From an uncultured virus (IMG/VR IMGVR_UViG_3300045961_000160) (Duplodnaviria; Heunggongvirae; Uroviricota; Caudoviricetes), in the IMG/VR virus record IMGVR_UViG_3300045961_000160: a DNA stretch of 64,000 nt, one strand, 5' to 3'. This document shows positions 20,301 through 31,100 of the stretch, in pieces. The position numbers were made by a program, and so were the translations under genes. The notes beneath the pieces are model-generated. The model searched no databases. It was not told the DNA's origin and was given only the letters and a program-made list of their open reading frames with translations. Position 1 is the first letter of the stretch. Each line of letters opens with the position of its first letter.

Positions 20301-23300
20301 TAGCATACTGAGCAAATACATTATCAGCAATTGTAAGCTGATCATTTTTTTCATTAAATAAAGACTCAGATTTTTTTTCAAAATATGTCTTCAAAGCCAA
20401 ATCAATTTTCTTTTTTGTTTTGGCATCTAATATGCTATTTAATGTAAATGAATCTTCTACACCTAATTTTAACAATTTGTCCTTTAGGGAAGGATCAGAT
20501 TCCAAAATGTCATCAAACATATAAAGTGATCTTCCGCGCTCTAAATAAGCAGCATCAAATTCAACTTCTTCACCATTATTAATGGCATCAACAATTGCAT
20601 TTAATCTAGTTATTCTTACTAGCTCTGCTTCAAGGTGACGGTAAAATTGATCATACAGAATAGTTGATTTTTCATTTTTATCATACGCCTCTGTAAATAT
20701 CTTTTCTACATCTGCTTTTGTAAATACTAATTCATTTTTAAGGATTACTCCATTTCTTTTAACTGGCGCATGTACAGTTAATGAAGTTGACTTAGCTTCA
20801 GAACGTAAGATCTCCTGCTTTCCTTCTAAAGTTAAATGGAAATCAGAAATGAACTTTGTTTTTTCATCAGATGAGATAGCGGAAATACCTTTGTCTTCTG
20901 TTTCAAAAATAATTTTAGAACCAGATAGGTTTTCTGCAGTAATCTTGAAATTTTTATTTCTTGTTCCATATACACCCGGATCTTTTGATTCAAGGTTAAA
21001 CATGTTGATTAGCCAAGGAGAAGCTGCAGCAAATGGATTGTTATCCACATCAAACATTTCTAAACCTGGAACCTTAATTAACTCATCATAGCTTGACGCA
21101 TTATTTAATGCATTGATCATGATTGTCAAAGAAGAGTTCAAAGATTTTTCACTTTGCTTGTCTCCTGACGCATTTACACCCATGAAGCCAGCATTCTCAT
21201 CAGAGAACATAAATTGAAGCTCCTGTAGTTGTTTAAACCAACCATTCAGTCCAATTTGTTTCTTAGTTTCAGTAGAACCTTCTTCACGGTAGGAAAAATC
21301 AGTAAACAAATCTTTTAATGAGTAAACAACTCTATCAGATTCCTTAACAGCATTTTCTCTGTTAAGCATTGATTCCAGTATGTTATTTATAATCCCTGGC
21401 TCAATACCTAATGATGCATTACCGTTAATTAAAATATCAGCAACAACTTCATCTTCCACAAGATCAATACCTAAGTTTCTAAGGAACTCAAATGGTTTTG
21501 CAACAGCTTTGTAAGTTAAGCGGGTATATTTTGTTCCTGCCGGTGCCTCATCTTTATTGGTAATAAATGCAGGACCGTTCCCAGAAATCAAACCAAATCC
21601 TTTTTCTGCATATTCTAACGCAAGATCAGTAGGCAATAAAAAATGCACACCACGATCAGCATTATATCCATAGTTGTCATTTGTTTGAGAAACAAAAACA
21701 AAATTATCTCCCCAATCACTAGCAATTCTTTGAGTTTGTGATTTAGATCTTCCAGACCTTGCTTCATAAGTAACTTGTTTTTGGTCATTAACTTTTTTCT
21801 CCAAAATGAATTCTCTAAGAATCAAATCAGATTTATTCATTACTTGCCAAAAAGCTAACCATTGTTTTTGCTCTTCAGTTGAAATCTTAGGATTAGTCAA
21901 ATCACCAAGCTTCAATAAAATCTGTTTGATTTCATAATCAGTTTCAGCTGCTTTAACAAGCTTGTGGTACATTTCTACACGGTCAGTTGTATTGCGCAAA
22001 ATCTTACTTGTTTTAGCAAGCATCTGTGCAAATGGTTGTAGTTTTTTAATACCTAGTGAATTGACAAGTAAGGTTCCTTTACCGTTATTTGAGTATGCAT
22101 GAATAGAACTAAGCAACTGTTTAGTTTGAGCATCAGTTAATTCAGCTAATGATTTTTCTGTTCCAGTGCGATCAAAAAGAAATTGAAATCTTTCTTCATC
22201 ATTCATTTCATCAGTCAAATCAAATTCCGGATTGGTTACATTGATTGTGCTGTAGTTATTTAAATACAAACCAATCATGTTTGTATTTGTATCAGTTCCT
22301 AAATAGTCTAATGCATTTTCAATAGATCCAAAATTGTCTAAGACTTTTGATAAAGTATTGTATGCAAAACTAGGTGTTTCACCTTTTTTAGGTTTCAATA
22401 AGTCTCTTTGTTGTGTAAGTCTATTTTTGACATAAGTAAGTGCATATGTTAAAACAGCAGGGTTATTAGCAACAGCAAATACACCGTACCCATTTATGGT
22501 GCCGGCAGTTTTATTTAACTTGTCAATTTCAGACATGATTTGTGCATGCTTCTTAGAATCAAGTTTAACAGTAGATGATTCAATCAACAACTTTACAACT
22601 TTTAAATTAGTTGCGCGGTTAGTGTTTGCATTAATACCATAGTTAATAAATTCACTTATAAGTGAATTAAATGACTCCATACTTACTTGAACCTCTTCTA
22701 AAGAAAAATTTGTGTCAGGTGTAGAAATCTCAGATGACTTAAATAATAATTCTGAAGAAGCCTGTGGATTAAACTTGCTTATATCAATGTTACCTTCATA
22801 GAGTGCATTAAACATAGCATTAACAACACCGTTAGCTTGATTTAATGCTACTGCTTCATTATATGTCATGCTGGCACCAAACATACCTTTTAGTAAGTTC
22901 CATACCTTTTCAAAAAATTGACCAACACGGGTAGAATACTTTGATGACAGTTTACCTTTAGAAGCAGCAAAATCTTGAAATCTTTCAGCTAAGTATTCTT
23001 CAATTTCTAAGTCACTAGCATCAGAAAACGCAATTGTCTTTTTGACACCTTTTACAATAACTGAAAACTTGCCTGGTGTTTTTTTAACTTCAGCATACAG
23101 TGCTTCGCGCTCTTCTTTGGTAAGAACCGCCTGTGTAAAAGCATGAAATACCTCATGGTAAACATCTGCCTTGTTTGATCCAAGGTACATGTTTATGGCA
23201 CCTTTGATGTATTCTCCTAAAAAGCTAGGTCCTTTTTCATGAATTTCATCAAAATAGTTAATAGCCAATTCTTTGGCAAGCGGGTTTGATTTAATCCACT

Positions 23301-25143
23301 CTTCAACTTTTTGTTCTTGAGCTGCTGTTGGTTTGTTTTCTAAATTTTGTTCAGCAACTGTTTTAAATAAAACTTCTTCATCTGGTGTTTCTACATCAGC
23401 AATATAATCTAACTCAGGAGTTAATGCTAAATAAGATCCAAAACCTCTAATCTCCATGTTTAAATTAGGAACAAATGAAGTCTTGGTGTTTTCAATAATA
23501 TGTTGCTTGTGAGTTTTCTTACCCAAAGTAATTACACCATCTTTAACAGAAACAGGAAAATCAAATTCAGCACTTAAATCAGTAGTGCGTTCAATGTTCA
23601 TGTTTCTTTTAGGAGCCGTTGTAACCGCATAAGTTCCATCAGCTTTAACAAATACTTGATCAGTATCTGTAGTTGCCTCTAATGAAGCAAATGGTGATAT
23701 ATTGGTAAACTTACTAGAATACAAATATGGTTTGCTTGTTCTAGTTGTAAAGTAATCTTTAAGTGTTTGTTTAATCAGTTCTTTGTTTTCTGAATTGATT
23801 TCAATTACACTGTTACCAATTTTCATAAAGTACTCTTTTGAGAACTTACCAGTTTTGTCATCTCTGACTGTTTTAATCTGGTACTCAAAGTTTGCACTTT
23901 GCTGGTGGAAGTAATAAATTAAAGCTCTTCTTTTTTCTGACTTGATTGTTCCTTTCCATCCTTCAATTTTAAGTTTAGGATCAGTAATCAATTCAGTTAA
24001 AATATTTAACTCTTCATCAGAAATGTCTTCTAATGATTTTTCAAAAAGAATGTTTTTAGCTGCGGTACCAAGTGCATTTCCAGAAACTGGTGCATAAATT
24101 ACAGGATACCAGTTTTTCTCTGTTTGCTCAATTGATAAATTAAGATCATTGACATTAGAGATTTCAGATAATGCAGTTTTGTTGTGAATGTTAGATTCTA
24201 CAAATCCCATAGAACTTGCATTCAAATCAATGTTAACTTTTGCAGTTTCACCTGCTTTATGTTTTTGAATTAAATCATTGACTATATCTAAATAACCATT
24301 AATTTCTTGTTCAACTTTTAAACTAGCCGCTTCTGCAGTCATTCCTTGAGAAATGTAAACACCAGTTTTAGTTTTAGCTAAGTAATCAAACTCAGCACGG
24401 TTTTGTTTAAATGCATAAACCGGAGTTTTACCTTCAGTCGCTAAGTTACCAGTTTCATCAAATTTTGCAATTTCACCAGAACTTGTAATTGGAACCAACA
24501 CAAGTAATTCAGGATTTGCATTATTCAATGTGTTATTAATTCCACTCAAAGAATTTAACTCAGATTGGCTAACAACTTTAAACTGTAAATTATTCTTGTT
24601 GCCATTTTGTATAATAGCCCTTTGAACAGCAAATTCAAACTCTTTAGTCGGATCAGTGATGTTATTTGAATAACCTACACCTTCCTCATAAATCATTTCC
24701 TGGTTTACAGTTTTGAACAACTCAAATGAAACAGCTTCAAAGCGCATGTCTCTTTCTACAGGAGCCACAACTTTAGTAGTACCTAATACTCTTCCAAGTT
24801 CTGCAATAACATCTTGGAAAGCTTTAGGAGAATCTGCTTGTGATGCTTCATAGATTTTTTGACTCCATTCATTCATTCCTGCTAACAACTCTGGGTTGTT
24901 TGCCGATGGCGTTTCACCCATATATTGTTTTACAACTTGGGGAAGAATACTTAAATGCTGTAGAATCAATTCTTTGTTTCTTACATCATTCAAACCTGTA
25001 TTCTTAAAATTAGACAAAGCCTCGTCAAACATTTTGTTTAACAAGGCTGTTGCTGTAATTTTATTTGTAAATTGGCTCGGTAATTGCTTTTTGAAGTAGC
25101 TTGCAAAAAGCTTTACAGACTCCGGGGTAATACAAATATTCAT
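14305..25143 (-). CDS. virion-packaged DNA-dependent RNA polymerase (crAss-like, phi14:2 gp66-type) with N-terminal zincin-like domain
   Basis: 3612 aa; catalytic region GDRIPSQG...IVAKAGSDYDIDKLF (DxDxD at 18394-18408); EADGAGWIS, HKYSLMPL and PTQKRK motifs; HEVFH...EEYLAE zincin at 23143-23157. Confidence 0.9.
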   Translation of the reverse strand: MNICITPESVKLFASYFKKQLPSQFTNKITATALLNKMFDEALSNFKNTGLNDVRNKELILQHLSILPQVVKQYMGETPSANNPELLAGMNEWSQKIYEASQADSPKAFQDVIAELGRVLGTTKVVAPVERDMRFEAVSFELFKTVNQEMIYEEGVGYSNNITDPTKEFEFAVQRAIIQNGNKNNLQFKVVSQSELNSLSGINNTLNNANPELLVLVPITSSGEIAKFDETGNLATEGKTPVYAFKQNRAEFDYLAKTKTGVYISQGMTAEAASLKVEQEINGYLDIVNDLIQKHKAGETAKVNIDLNASSMGFVESNIHNKTALSEISNVNDLNLSIEQTEKNWYPVIYAPVSGNALGTAAKNILFEKSLEDISDEELNILTELITDPKLKIEGWKGTIKSEKRRALIYYFHQQSANFEYQIKTVRDDKTGKFSKEYFMKIGNSVIEINSENKELIKQTLKDYFTTRTSKPYLYSSKFTNISPFASLEATTDTDQVFVKADGTYAVTTAPKRNMNIERTTDLSAEFDFPVSVKDGVITLGKKTHKQHIIENTKTSFVPNLNMEIRGFGSYLALTPELDYIADVETPDEEVLFKTVAEQNLENKPTAAQEQKVEEWIKSNPLAKELAINYFDEIHEKGPSFLGEYIKGAINMYLGSNKADVYHEVFHAFTQAVLTKEEREALYAEVKKTPGKFSVIVKGVKKTIAFSDASDLEIEEYLAERFQDFAASKGKLSSKYSTRVGQFFEKVWNLLKGMFGASMTYNEAVALNQANGVVNAMFNALYEGNIDISKFNPQASSELLFKSSEISTPDTNFSLEEVQVSMESFNSLISEFINYGINANTNRATNLKVVKLLIESSTVKLDSKKHAQIMSEIDKLNKTAGTINGYGVFAVANNPAVLTYALTYVKNRLTQQRDLLKPKKGETPSFAYNTLSKVLDNFGSIENALDYLGTDTNTNMIGLYLNNYSTINVTNPEFDLTDEMNDEERFQFLFDRTGTEKSLAELTDAQTKQLLSSIHAYSNNGKGTLLVNSLGIKKLQPFAQMLAKTSKILRNTTDRVEMYHKLVKAAETDYEIKQILLKLGDLTNPKISTEEQKQWLAFWQVMNKSDLILREFILEKKVNDQKQVTYEARSGRSKSQTQRIASDWGDNFVFVSQTNDNYGYNADRGVHFLLPTDLALEYAEKGFGLISGNGPAFITNKDEAPAGTKYTRLTYKAVAKPFEFLRNLGIDLVEDEVVADILINGNASLGIEPGIINNILESMLNRENAVKESDRVVYSLKDLFTDFSYREEGSTETKKQIGLNGWFKQLQELQFMFSDENAGFMGVNASGDKQSEKSLNSSLTIMINALNNASSYDELIKVPGLEMFDVDNNPFAAASPWLINMFNLESKDPGVYGTRNKNFKITAENLSGSKIIFETEDKGISAISSDEKTKFISDFHLTLEGKQEILRSEAKSTSLTVHAPVKRNGVILKNELVFTKADVEKIFTEAYDKNEKSTILYDQFYRHLEAELVRITRLNAIVDAINNGEEVEFDAAYLERGRSLYMFDDILESDPSLKDKLLKLGVEDSFTLNSILDAKTKKKIDLALKTYFEKKSESLFNEKNDQLTIADNVFAQYANENQTVKQTRKKMFKTFVLNNFIENANYSTLFIGDASLYKVEGEDYHKRIAGLISTGNIFASDSSFLNFVNDPAFNNFGFAKKHNGESYKRDYTGYLNTAVIKEKETSSAYLQQLKDIIGIDAESYGDGDMMKEADGAGWISFDAYRLMNLSCNEWSDAQEALYQKMLAGETIAQSDIKSTFPVRKFQYYGSVNNNNSKQFGLQMMAFHKYSLMPLIPALIENTPLKKLHDQMMEQGIDYVTMQSGSKVSSISKVVKADTESGFKAEFDNVYDEKRNLNSVAFTVNRISSKYLKNQIFIAAGYKKKITLPTQKRKMIVLGLMDNFGPTDFMPNLSDAERLQKWEALKSESKRRQASKNYDWYKRYEIVISKIQAHLKNELLEDIGLKLENGKYVGDSSKLVSYLQAQMKNNDLLPEDIEFITTPDGKLKSDLSLSMYSEKIESILTTLADKKLRALKVTGEALVQVPGTMFEDSTKASAFANLQNPTAADIYNYGSNGLKFYHVVDENGDPVLNENKSWIVKAMEVKISLQGDFKKLLYLNHFDGNPIAVYTETKDGKKELDLEASRLRLNEAIRNPQWNKDHEQFLQIAGDRIPSQGPNALESITVAEFLPEWAGPIVILPAEIVAKAGSDYDIDKLFAQFPNIVKIGKKVELQKYMGDVTTPIEELYESKESIADVISRLQDSISELYEDRNKFWEESNAISAEIKAQIQKEQGLEKNLFETRKELYGYLNAAQKGIWKFADISAKNRVPFIEQYTDQINTVNSLIEIQEQAIKDRMYKELGAELAVDFFNYNKSKIDELQKQLDVKNEELELVQRKIYGKSIKGLENELLGLFAERILLPGNIKDLVTANSTKTALPISKKIADKLNASKSGSKYSKYDRANGKAGKKISKSTIFDYRYNLLKHQENSVGLDSLGIAAVTATFYAVFTTFGAKLNAVSPKEQEAFDKALATLNDASASPKAKETATDIINKFRSHTFNLNHNSVEGEFGKQIALGFINNTKNQSISDLLSQLINGYVDVAKDAWVFNMQGNKENTPTLLFMVMAGVDLESAAYLASSPLVMEYNQFKKELNGVYSALSTDPDVNPVVPASKINSKAQAMVFEKYKDLFAENGYEAAAFNAIFNKNQTPFSEEELFNMIGGKPKFREIEALAEYIQIEKIANDVSKFQQLSRFDTNKVSSISEAQKRIDDIEAYQSKKKYVPNDWFTDKGIKNTPVGQFNNDQFIVDLFERYFSFRNNPAVVKVSVSLDTVKGIIPEVMRNDFKNDFLFFLYQNSLYQDNKYNGYDLVTSTDANAPLSIDEDTKTITFGSNLYSNELQNPAAGLTNVVSNFATPNQFLRYYIEFEKLKDIDVSELRSQYYFLDNPRKPVSDLYLKQKIALYKSRNHIAYFSGPTSVANIFKNFRLKYPELAKEFSLINDMRFNYDVPNMKSNMFLPEINDPQMRAKYKENLANLQNHSAPEVREFFNLFNHIAIMQTGLNRRSKYDLGKIIDANHLQDVIENGIGVARVENELAQVFDNIKAAELNNRNPNNAPVEPDLQLLGQFKTLFENMLATKYKVRAKGYNYEVQKLTWGQSKEKSETVLAFNNVDIRTNFNSLPKGVSPVTVDLFFDEDGEYTPEEFANELEGKKIAILNERMIVPAGEDQKKFDALLLDKFGIDNTGTYPKLEYKSKFKKEGFLSIAGLGTELKPIHSVKDEAMANASTVAIGKATVLNPKYKSSTEMYINEINRTEPNKLATSKTKFKSADSVWIFGSGVFANAYRNTTLEEFQKALNETFESYHKPLIQKAIDAGVKVFNVGTASGIDQMAIEYLENSGFVKVPVYTAVGKYYEMRRKDAESEVSTVTTSEELKGKELISYLFDSNKSDNWFNKLTEVELFESGVAIVYDKIVKELNRNQKYKIQFANALTASKGKITIGNSLLASYIEQALYKMKDDIIKFRANKVKAPIIVESIGETEQKRSEELFSSYTGTLSKAEFLSLSLVEQEEIIEQQNNC

Positions 25144-25144
25144 G

Positions 25145-28100
25145 TTATTTACATTTTGTTAACTGCTCAAGAATTCTATTATCAATCTCTGCATTATCAA
25201 GTTTGTCAAACTCTAAAGTGCTAACTGTAAAGTTATTGAAAATATCTTGATATGTAGTTTTAATATAGTCAATTTCTTGGTCATTAACAACTGTATCTAC
25301 ATTTAATTTTGTAAATTCTTGGCCCGGAAGAAGTACATCTTGAGCATTTAAAAATTCTGAATAAGGGACTGTAAACAACTCTCCAGTACTCAAATCAACC
25401 AAATCCACAGTTTTATCTGTTTTGTTGTATCCTTCAATCTGTAATGCCATGTCATTTAGCACTACTGATTTTCCAACATACATACCTTGATTTAGTTTTC
25501 TTTCCATCAAGTCATTTAATAACGCTTTTTGCTTTTCAGTAAAAATGGAGTATCTGTTTACATAGTCATACATTCCTAAGAATAAAGCAAGGTCATCAAA
25601 ATTCTTTGAATCATTCAAAAGACTTTTTAATCTAGCAACCATTTCAAAAGAATCCATGCTGTTAAATAAACCTAAATCAATAACTTCATTAAATCTTTTT
25701 GTGGTATTAGCTTCAGCGCGTTTGTTTTGCTCTAAAGTTTCTTCAAATGCTTCAAAACCATCTTCATAATCATCATTAGCTTGATCATTAGCAAATTCTG
25801 GATCATTAGTATCATAAAGACCATCCTCAACAGCTTTATCAAATATTTTTTGTTGAGTATCTGTAAGAGTCATGTTGTATAAATCTTTCAGACTAATAAG
25901 GCCATTTTCAATTTTGTATTCAAGTGAATTGTAATATTCAGCCATTGACTCAAAGTAGTCCGCGCTGTATCCTGAATTAATAAAATTAGCCCAGTCTAAA
26001 GCACTTTCTTCTTGTTCTTTTTTTGCTTGTTCAGCTTCATACTTTTCACGCTCTTCATACTCATCATAATTTTCATCAGTTTGATTAGTTGCTTGTTTAA
26101 TTTCAGAAGCAATACCAGCCATCATTTCTTTTAAACTGCTATACTGATTAATCACATCATTAATTACTTCAACCCAGTTAAAATCTTCACCGAGAAGTTC
26201 TTTGTAATCCTGATTAATTAAATCAGCAAAACCATCTGATGTTCTAATTTTAGATTTGTTAGAAAGCAAGTTTTTCTTGATGTTAATTTCACCTTGGCCT
26301 CTAACTAAGTTGCGCGTAATAAAATCTGGATTTAATCTATTATTCTTAGAAGCAGCAAACCATTTAGCAATAAGTGCTTTTGCAAACAATTCTCCTGGTT
26401 GTTCTTCACCAAAGTAATTGTTGATGACTTCTAAATCAGACTTGTATTTTGTAACCGGTTGTGCATTTAATTTACGGTCCCTTGCTTCTAAGGTGTAAAT
26501 GCCATTGATTCCACTTTTAGATTTCACAATGGTTAATTTACTACCAGCTTTGATGAAATTATTATTTAATGCCTTTACCGTAGAAGGAAACAGCATGCCC
26601 ATCTTTTGAACCTTTAGGAAGAGATCAATGATGCTATTCTCTAATGCTTCTGGCGATTCAGTATTCAACGGGCTTGTCCTATAGCCTTTAGCAGATGAAT
26701 CAATAATCTTCTTCTGTAAGTATAGGGCACTATAAAGAGACTTGTTATCTTCTGCTCTAAATAGATTAGGGTGATGAACAAGTAAAAGGTCAAGCTCAGT
26801 CTTAGAAAGTTTAAGTAAGACTTCTTTTCCTTTGTACTCAGCAATCATGCGTTTACCATTGGCAACATTATCTAACATAGTCTCAATGTTACCGTAGTAC
26901 ATTGAATCAAATATGTCTAGTTGCTCATAAGCATTGTCAGAAATTTCATTTGCAAGTTGACTGTTTGCTATCTTAACTCCTTTGAGTTTCTTTTCATTGA
27001 CATAAGCAATGACATCAGGAATCTTGAAAGGGGAAAGTTTACTATCACTCATCAGCATTCCAACAAGCTTCTTAACCTCGGCATCAGATAAAACCGCATA
27101 GTCATCCTTCAAAACCTTTTTAAGCAACTCTACAACACTTTCTCGCTCCATTTGACTCAATGGTACAATAGATGCTCTACGTGCTCTTCTACGGGCTCTA
27201 GCTTCTTCTTTCTGTTGTTGAATTCTATCTTGAGCTAAAGCCTTTGCGCGCTCTATCTCTGTAGCATTCATTTGTCTTATGGTTTCCTCATCAAGTTCTA
27301 CTACTGGCTCCACATAAACATCTACATCTTCTTTCTCTCTATTGTATCTAATAATGAGATCTGTGTATTCAGAATTAGTAGCCATTTCTTTTTGGATAGC
27401 TTCTATTTCTTCAGCTGTAGGATCACCTGTTCGAACTGCTGATTCAATTACAATCTTTCCACTAAGAACTTTAGCTTTGAAGTTTCTACCTAAGTCTTCA
27501 TTCAACTTAACAAAATCAGCATCCCATTTTTCCTTAACTGGGAGGTTAACTTTACCATTTACATCTGGTTGAGCTGCCATAAAGTTGGCTTCAAGTTGTG
27601 CTATTTGCTTTTTGAAATAACCTTTTAGCTCTTCTAACTCATTAATAGATGCAGATTGTCTGAAGTATTTAATTAGAATTTCTTGTAAATCAAATGGTAA
27701 TAACTCAAATGGAGTCTTATCAGTGACTACAACTTTATTCTCATCATCTCTTACTACTTCAGTTTCTACAACATCAACAACAGCCTGTGCTTCTTCCGGA
27801 TCCGCACCCAGTGTATCGTCAAATGAATACTGAGTATCATATTCTTCCTGGAGACGGTTAATGTCATCCATTAAAGCCAGACGCTTATTGTTTAGCTTGA
27901 TTCTTTTTCTGAAATTTAATTTGCCTAATGTAGATAACTGTGCATCAATTGCATTTAGCAAATTTGTTTTCTCTAGAATTTCATTTTGTAACTTGCTGGC
28001 TTTATCAACCTCATCTTCATCAACTTCAACATCTTCCTGCTCAAGAACCGGCTCAAGCTCTTCTAAAGGACCCACTTCTTGACTAAGTGGAACATCTTCA

Positions 28101-31100
28101 GTTTCAACTGCAGGTTCTGCAATGTTATCAATTGTTTCTTGATCCAATGTAATCTTAGCAAGATCTACTGCGCGTTGTAATAATGTTTGGTCAAATGATT
28201 TTTTAAATAGCATTGTTAATTTGCTAATTAAGCTTGACCAGACGCTTTTCTTTGTTGGTGAAGTAGTATCAGTTACTCCCATCAAGAAAGTCTGCACAGC
28301 GGTATTATTTAAAGCCTCAGTTAAAAATACTGCAGGATCCAAAAACATTTGCATTGCCTCTGCTCCTTTGTAGCTTTGAGCAAATGCTTCTTTGGCTTGT
28401 TGCATTAATGTTTCAACTTCCGCGCGCACTTTTGCATTATCTTTAAGGCTTTCACTTGCTTTGTGCTGAGTCAATGCAGAAAGCACTAATGTTTCAAAAC
28501 TTACAGCTGCATTTTTATAATCGGCACCAGCATAACGGATGTCAATTACATAAACACCATCTTCATTAACTGATATTGGTAATTCCCCAGATTCAGTAAA
28601 CATAATTTTTGGTGCAGAGTCAGAAACAATATTTAAGATTTCTCTTTCAATAAAAGTTAATTTGTCACTTGACTCTAGCAAGCGCATGAATTTATCAAAG
28701 ACAACCGGATCAGATAAATCAATTACTTGATCCATTTTAGATTTTAAGTTGTATTGACGGATTAATCCTTTTGTAGTTCTTTTGTCATCTTTGGCTCTTG
28801 CGCTTTGCTTATCTGTTTTAGCCGCTTTGCTTCCAACAATTGTTTTTCCAGTCAAGCGGGAATAAAAACTACCAATGATTTGTTGTGCTAATTTTAATTC
28901 TTCACCTGATACCGGTTTTCCTGTTTCTACATTGTAAATAACAGAAGGCATAATTCCTTTATCAACTAAGTCATCTAACTCATTTAAATCAAAGAATAAA
29001 TTGTTCTTCTGTAATTCAGTAAGCATAATACTTGACTCAGCTTTTTGCGTATATGCAATCAACTGGTTGGCTATGTGCTCCTCTTTGTTTTTATCTAACT
29101 TAGTTAGCATCTCTTGGTTTTTAACCAACCATTGTGCTGCTGAATTAGGATCCAATAATGTATTTACTACATCTTGTAGTTTCTCATGCTCTTTACCCAG
29201 TGTTAAGTAATCTGCAAGTACATCAAATGATTCTTTAGATTTGCTGCGTGCAACATCTTCAGATACACCTGCACTGTATTCTTTAGAAGAGACCTTGCGG
29301 TAATTATGATATGCCTCAAATAAATCATTGTGAGCATCTTCTAACTCAACACCTGTAGCATTTTCATCATTTTGAACTTTTTCCAGGTTGTCAAATGCTT
29401 CTTTATATGCTGTTAATGCTTCTAATTTAGCTTCAGTTTCTTTGGCACCTTCTGCATTTTCACCAGTAAGATTTAAATTCTTATTAGCTTCAACTGCAAT
29501 TTTTAATAATTTCATCTCAGATTCTAATCCAGATGCACTTATTAATGATTGAACCTCTGTAGTTGTTAAAGCTGAATCTTTATTAAGAACTTTTACAAGT
29601 TCCTCCATGCGTTGAGCCTTATTTAAAATCTTACCTTTTGAAAATAAAAGTTCATTTTTTAAATTGTTAAAAGAGGCTTGCTTAATAAGAAGTTCTAGTT
29701 TTCTTTTTCTTTGTTCAGGATCAGTAATATTCAATTGATCAAGTTCACTTTTCTTAACTGGATTAACTAACTTGTCTTCAATTTCATCATAAAGTTTTCT
29801 GTAACTTCTAATGTCTTTTGCTTTGTTAGCCAATGTAGTCTGATGTTCACTAAGGTTTTCAACTGTAATGTCAGTTCTTCCTAAAGCTTGATTCAATTGC
29901 TCTGGGGTATACTTAGTAGACATTTCATCAAGCATGTCTGCAAATTCACCCTCTACATTGTTTTTAAGCATGGTACGAATACCATTTTGCAGTGACTCAT
30001 GCTTAGCATCTTCAAACTTCTTTTTGTCACCATTTTGAGCAGCTGTAAGAATTTCTTCCTGTAATTCAGCCTGTGTAAACATAGGTTGACTTGCATGCTC
30101 AGTATAATTAAGATTTGCATCAAATACTTCAGATAATATTTTTGCTTTAGCAAGAGCTTCTTTGTACTTAGTTTTTTGGTTCTGAGCCCATTTTTCTCTT
30201 TGAAATAAATACTCAGCTTTGTTGCGCGCACCGCCACCTAAAAGTTCATTTTGTGCAATGCTAATTACGCCACCAACTGGTGAAGCAAAACCGCCCATTA
30301 AGAAACCAGATAAGAATGTTGAAACACCTTCTCCGTTAGCAACTCCTTTGATTGCATTTCCTACATCATTATAAAGATAATCTAAGTAACCACCGCGCAC
30401 TTGTTGACCAGTGTGGTTGCGGCCATAGTAACTTTTAACTGAATTAGAAATAACATCCTGGCCAAGTTCTTGAATACCTTCCATAGAAGAAGATAAACTG
30501 GCTTTAATTGCACTTCCTACTGTTACTTCATTTAGTTTCTTTTTAGCAAATACAATTGGAGTTTTTGCAATTTGTTTTAATGAAGTTTTAAAAAAATCTT
30601 TGTTAACTGATGCGGTAACTTTACCTGCATCTGATAATCCAATTTTAAAAACGTTTTTTGGTAAATCAAACATCTTTGCATTGAAACGCATGCTTTTAAA
30701 CATGTTATCAAATGTGACAGCATTAGTTGCATAAATCAAACCTAAGTTTCCGTTATAGGTTGATTTAAAAACATTGTCACCATCTTTTTGAATTCTAGCA
30801 ACATCAAAGTCACTTAATGCTTGTCCACCATTTGCTTTGTATGCCTCTTCAATTTTTTTGTCCACAAACTCATTTCTAGCCATTTCAGCTTCTAAGTTTG
30901 ATTCACTGTGAGTCATATACATCTTTCGCGCATCCCTTGCAACGGCACCGGCTCCTGTAGCTAATTTTTGCCAGGAGTTTAAGTTATCCATCTTATTGAG
31001 ATTAGAAAGAAAGTCCATGCTTTCTCCTACAGGATTTAGACCCTTAATTGCAGTCTTACCTAAATTTTTTAATGAATACCATTTAGCAGCATCATCAATA

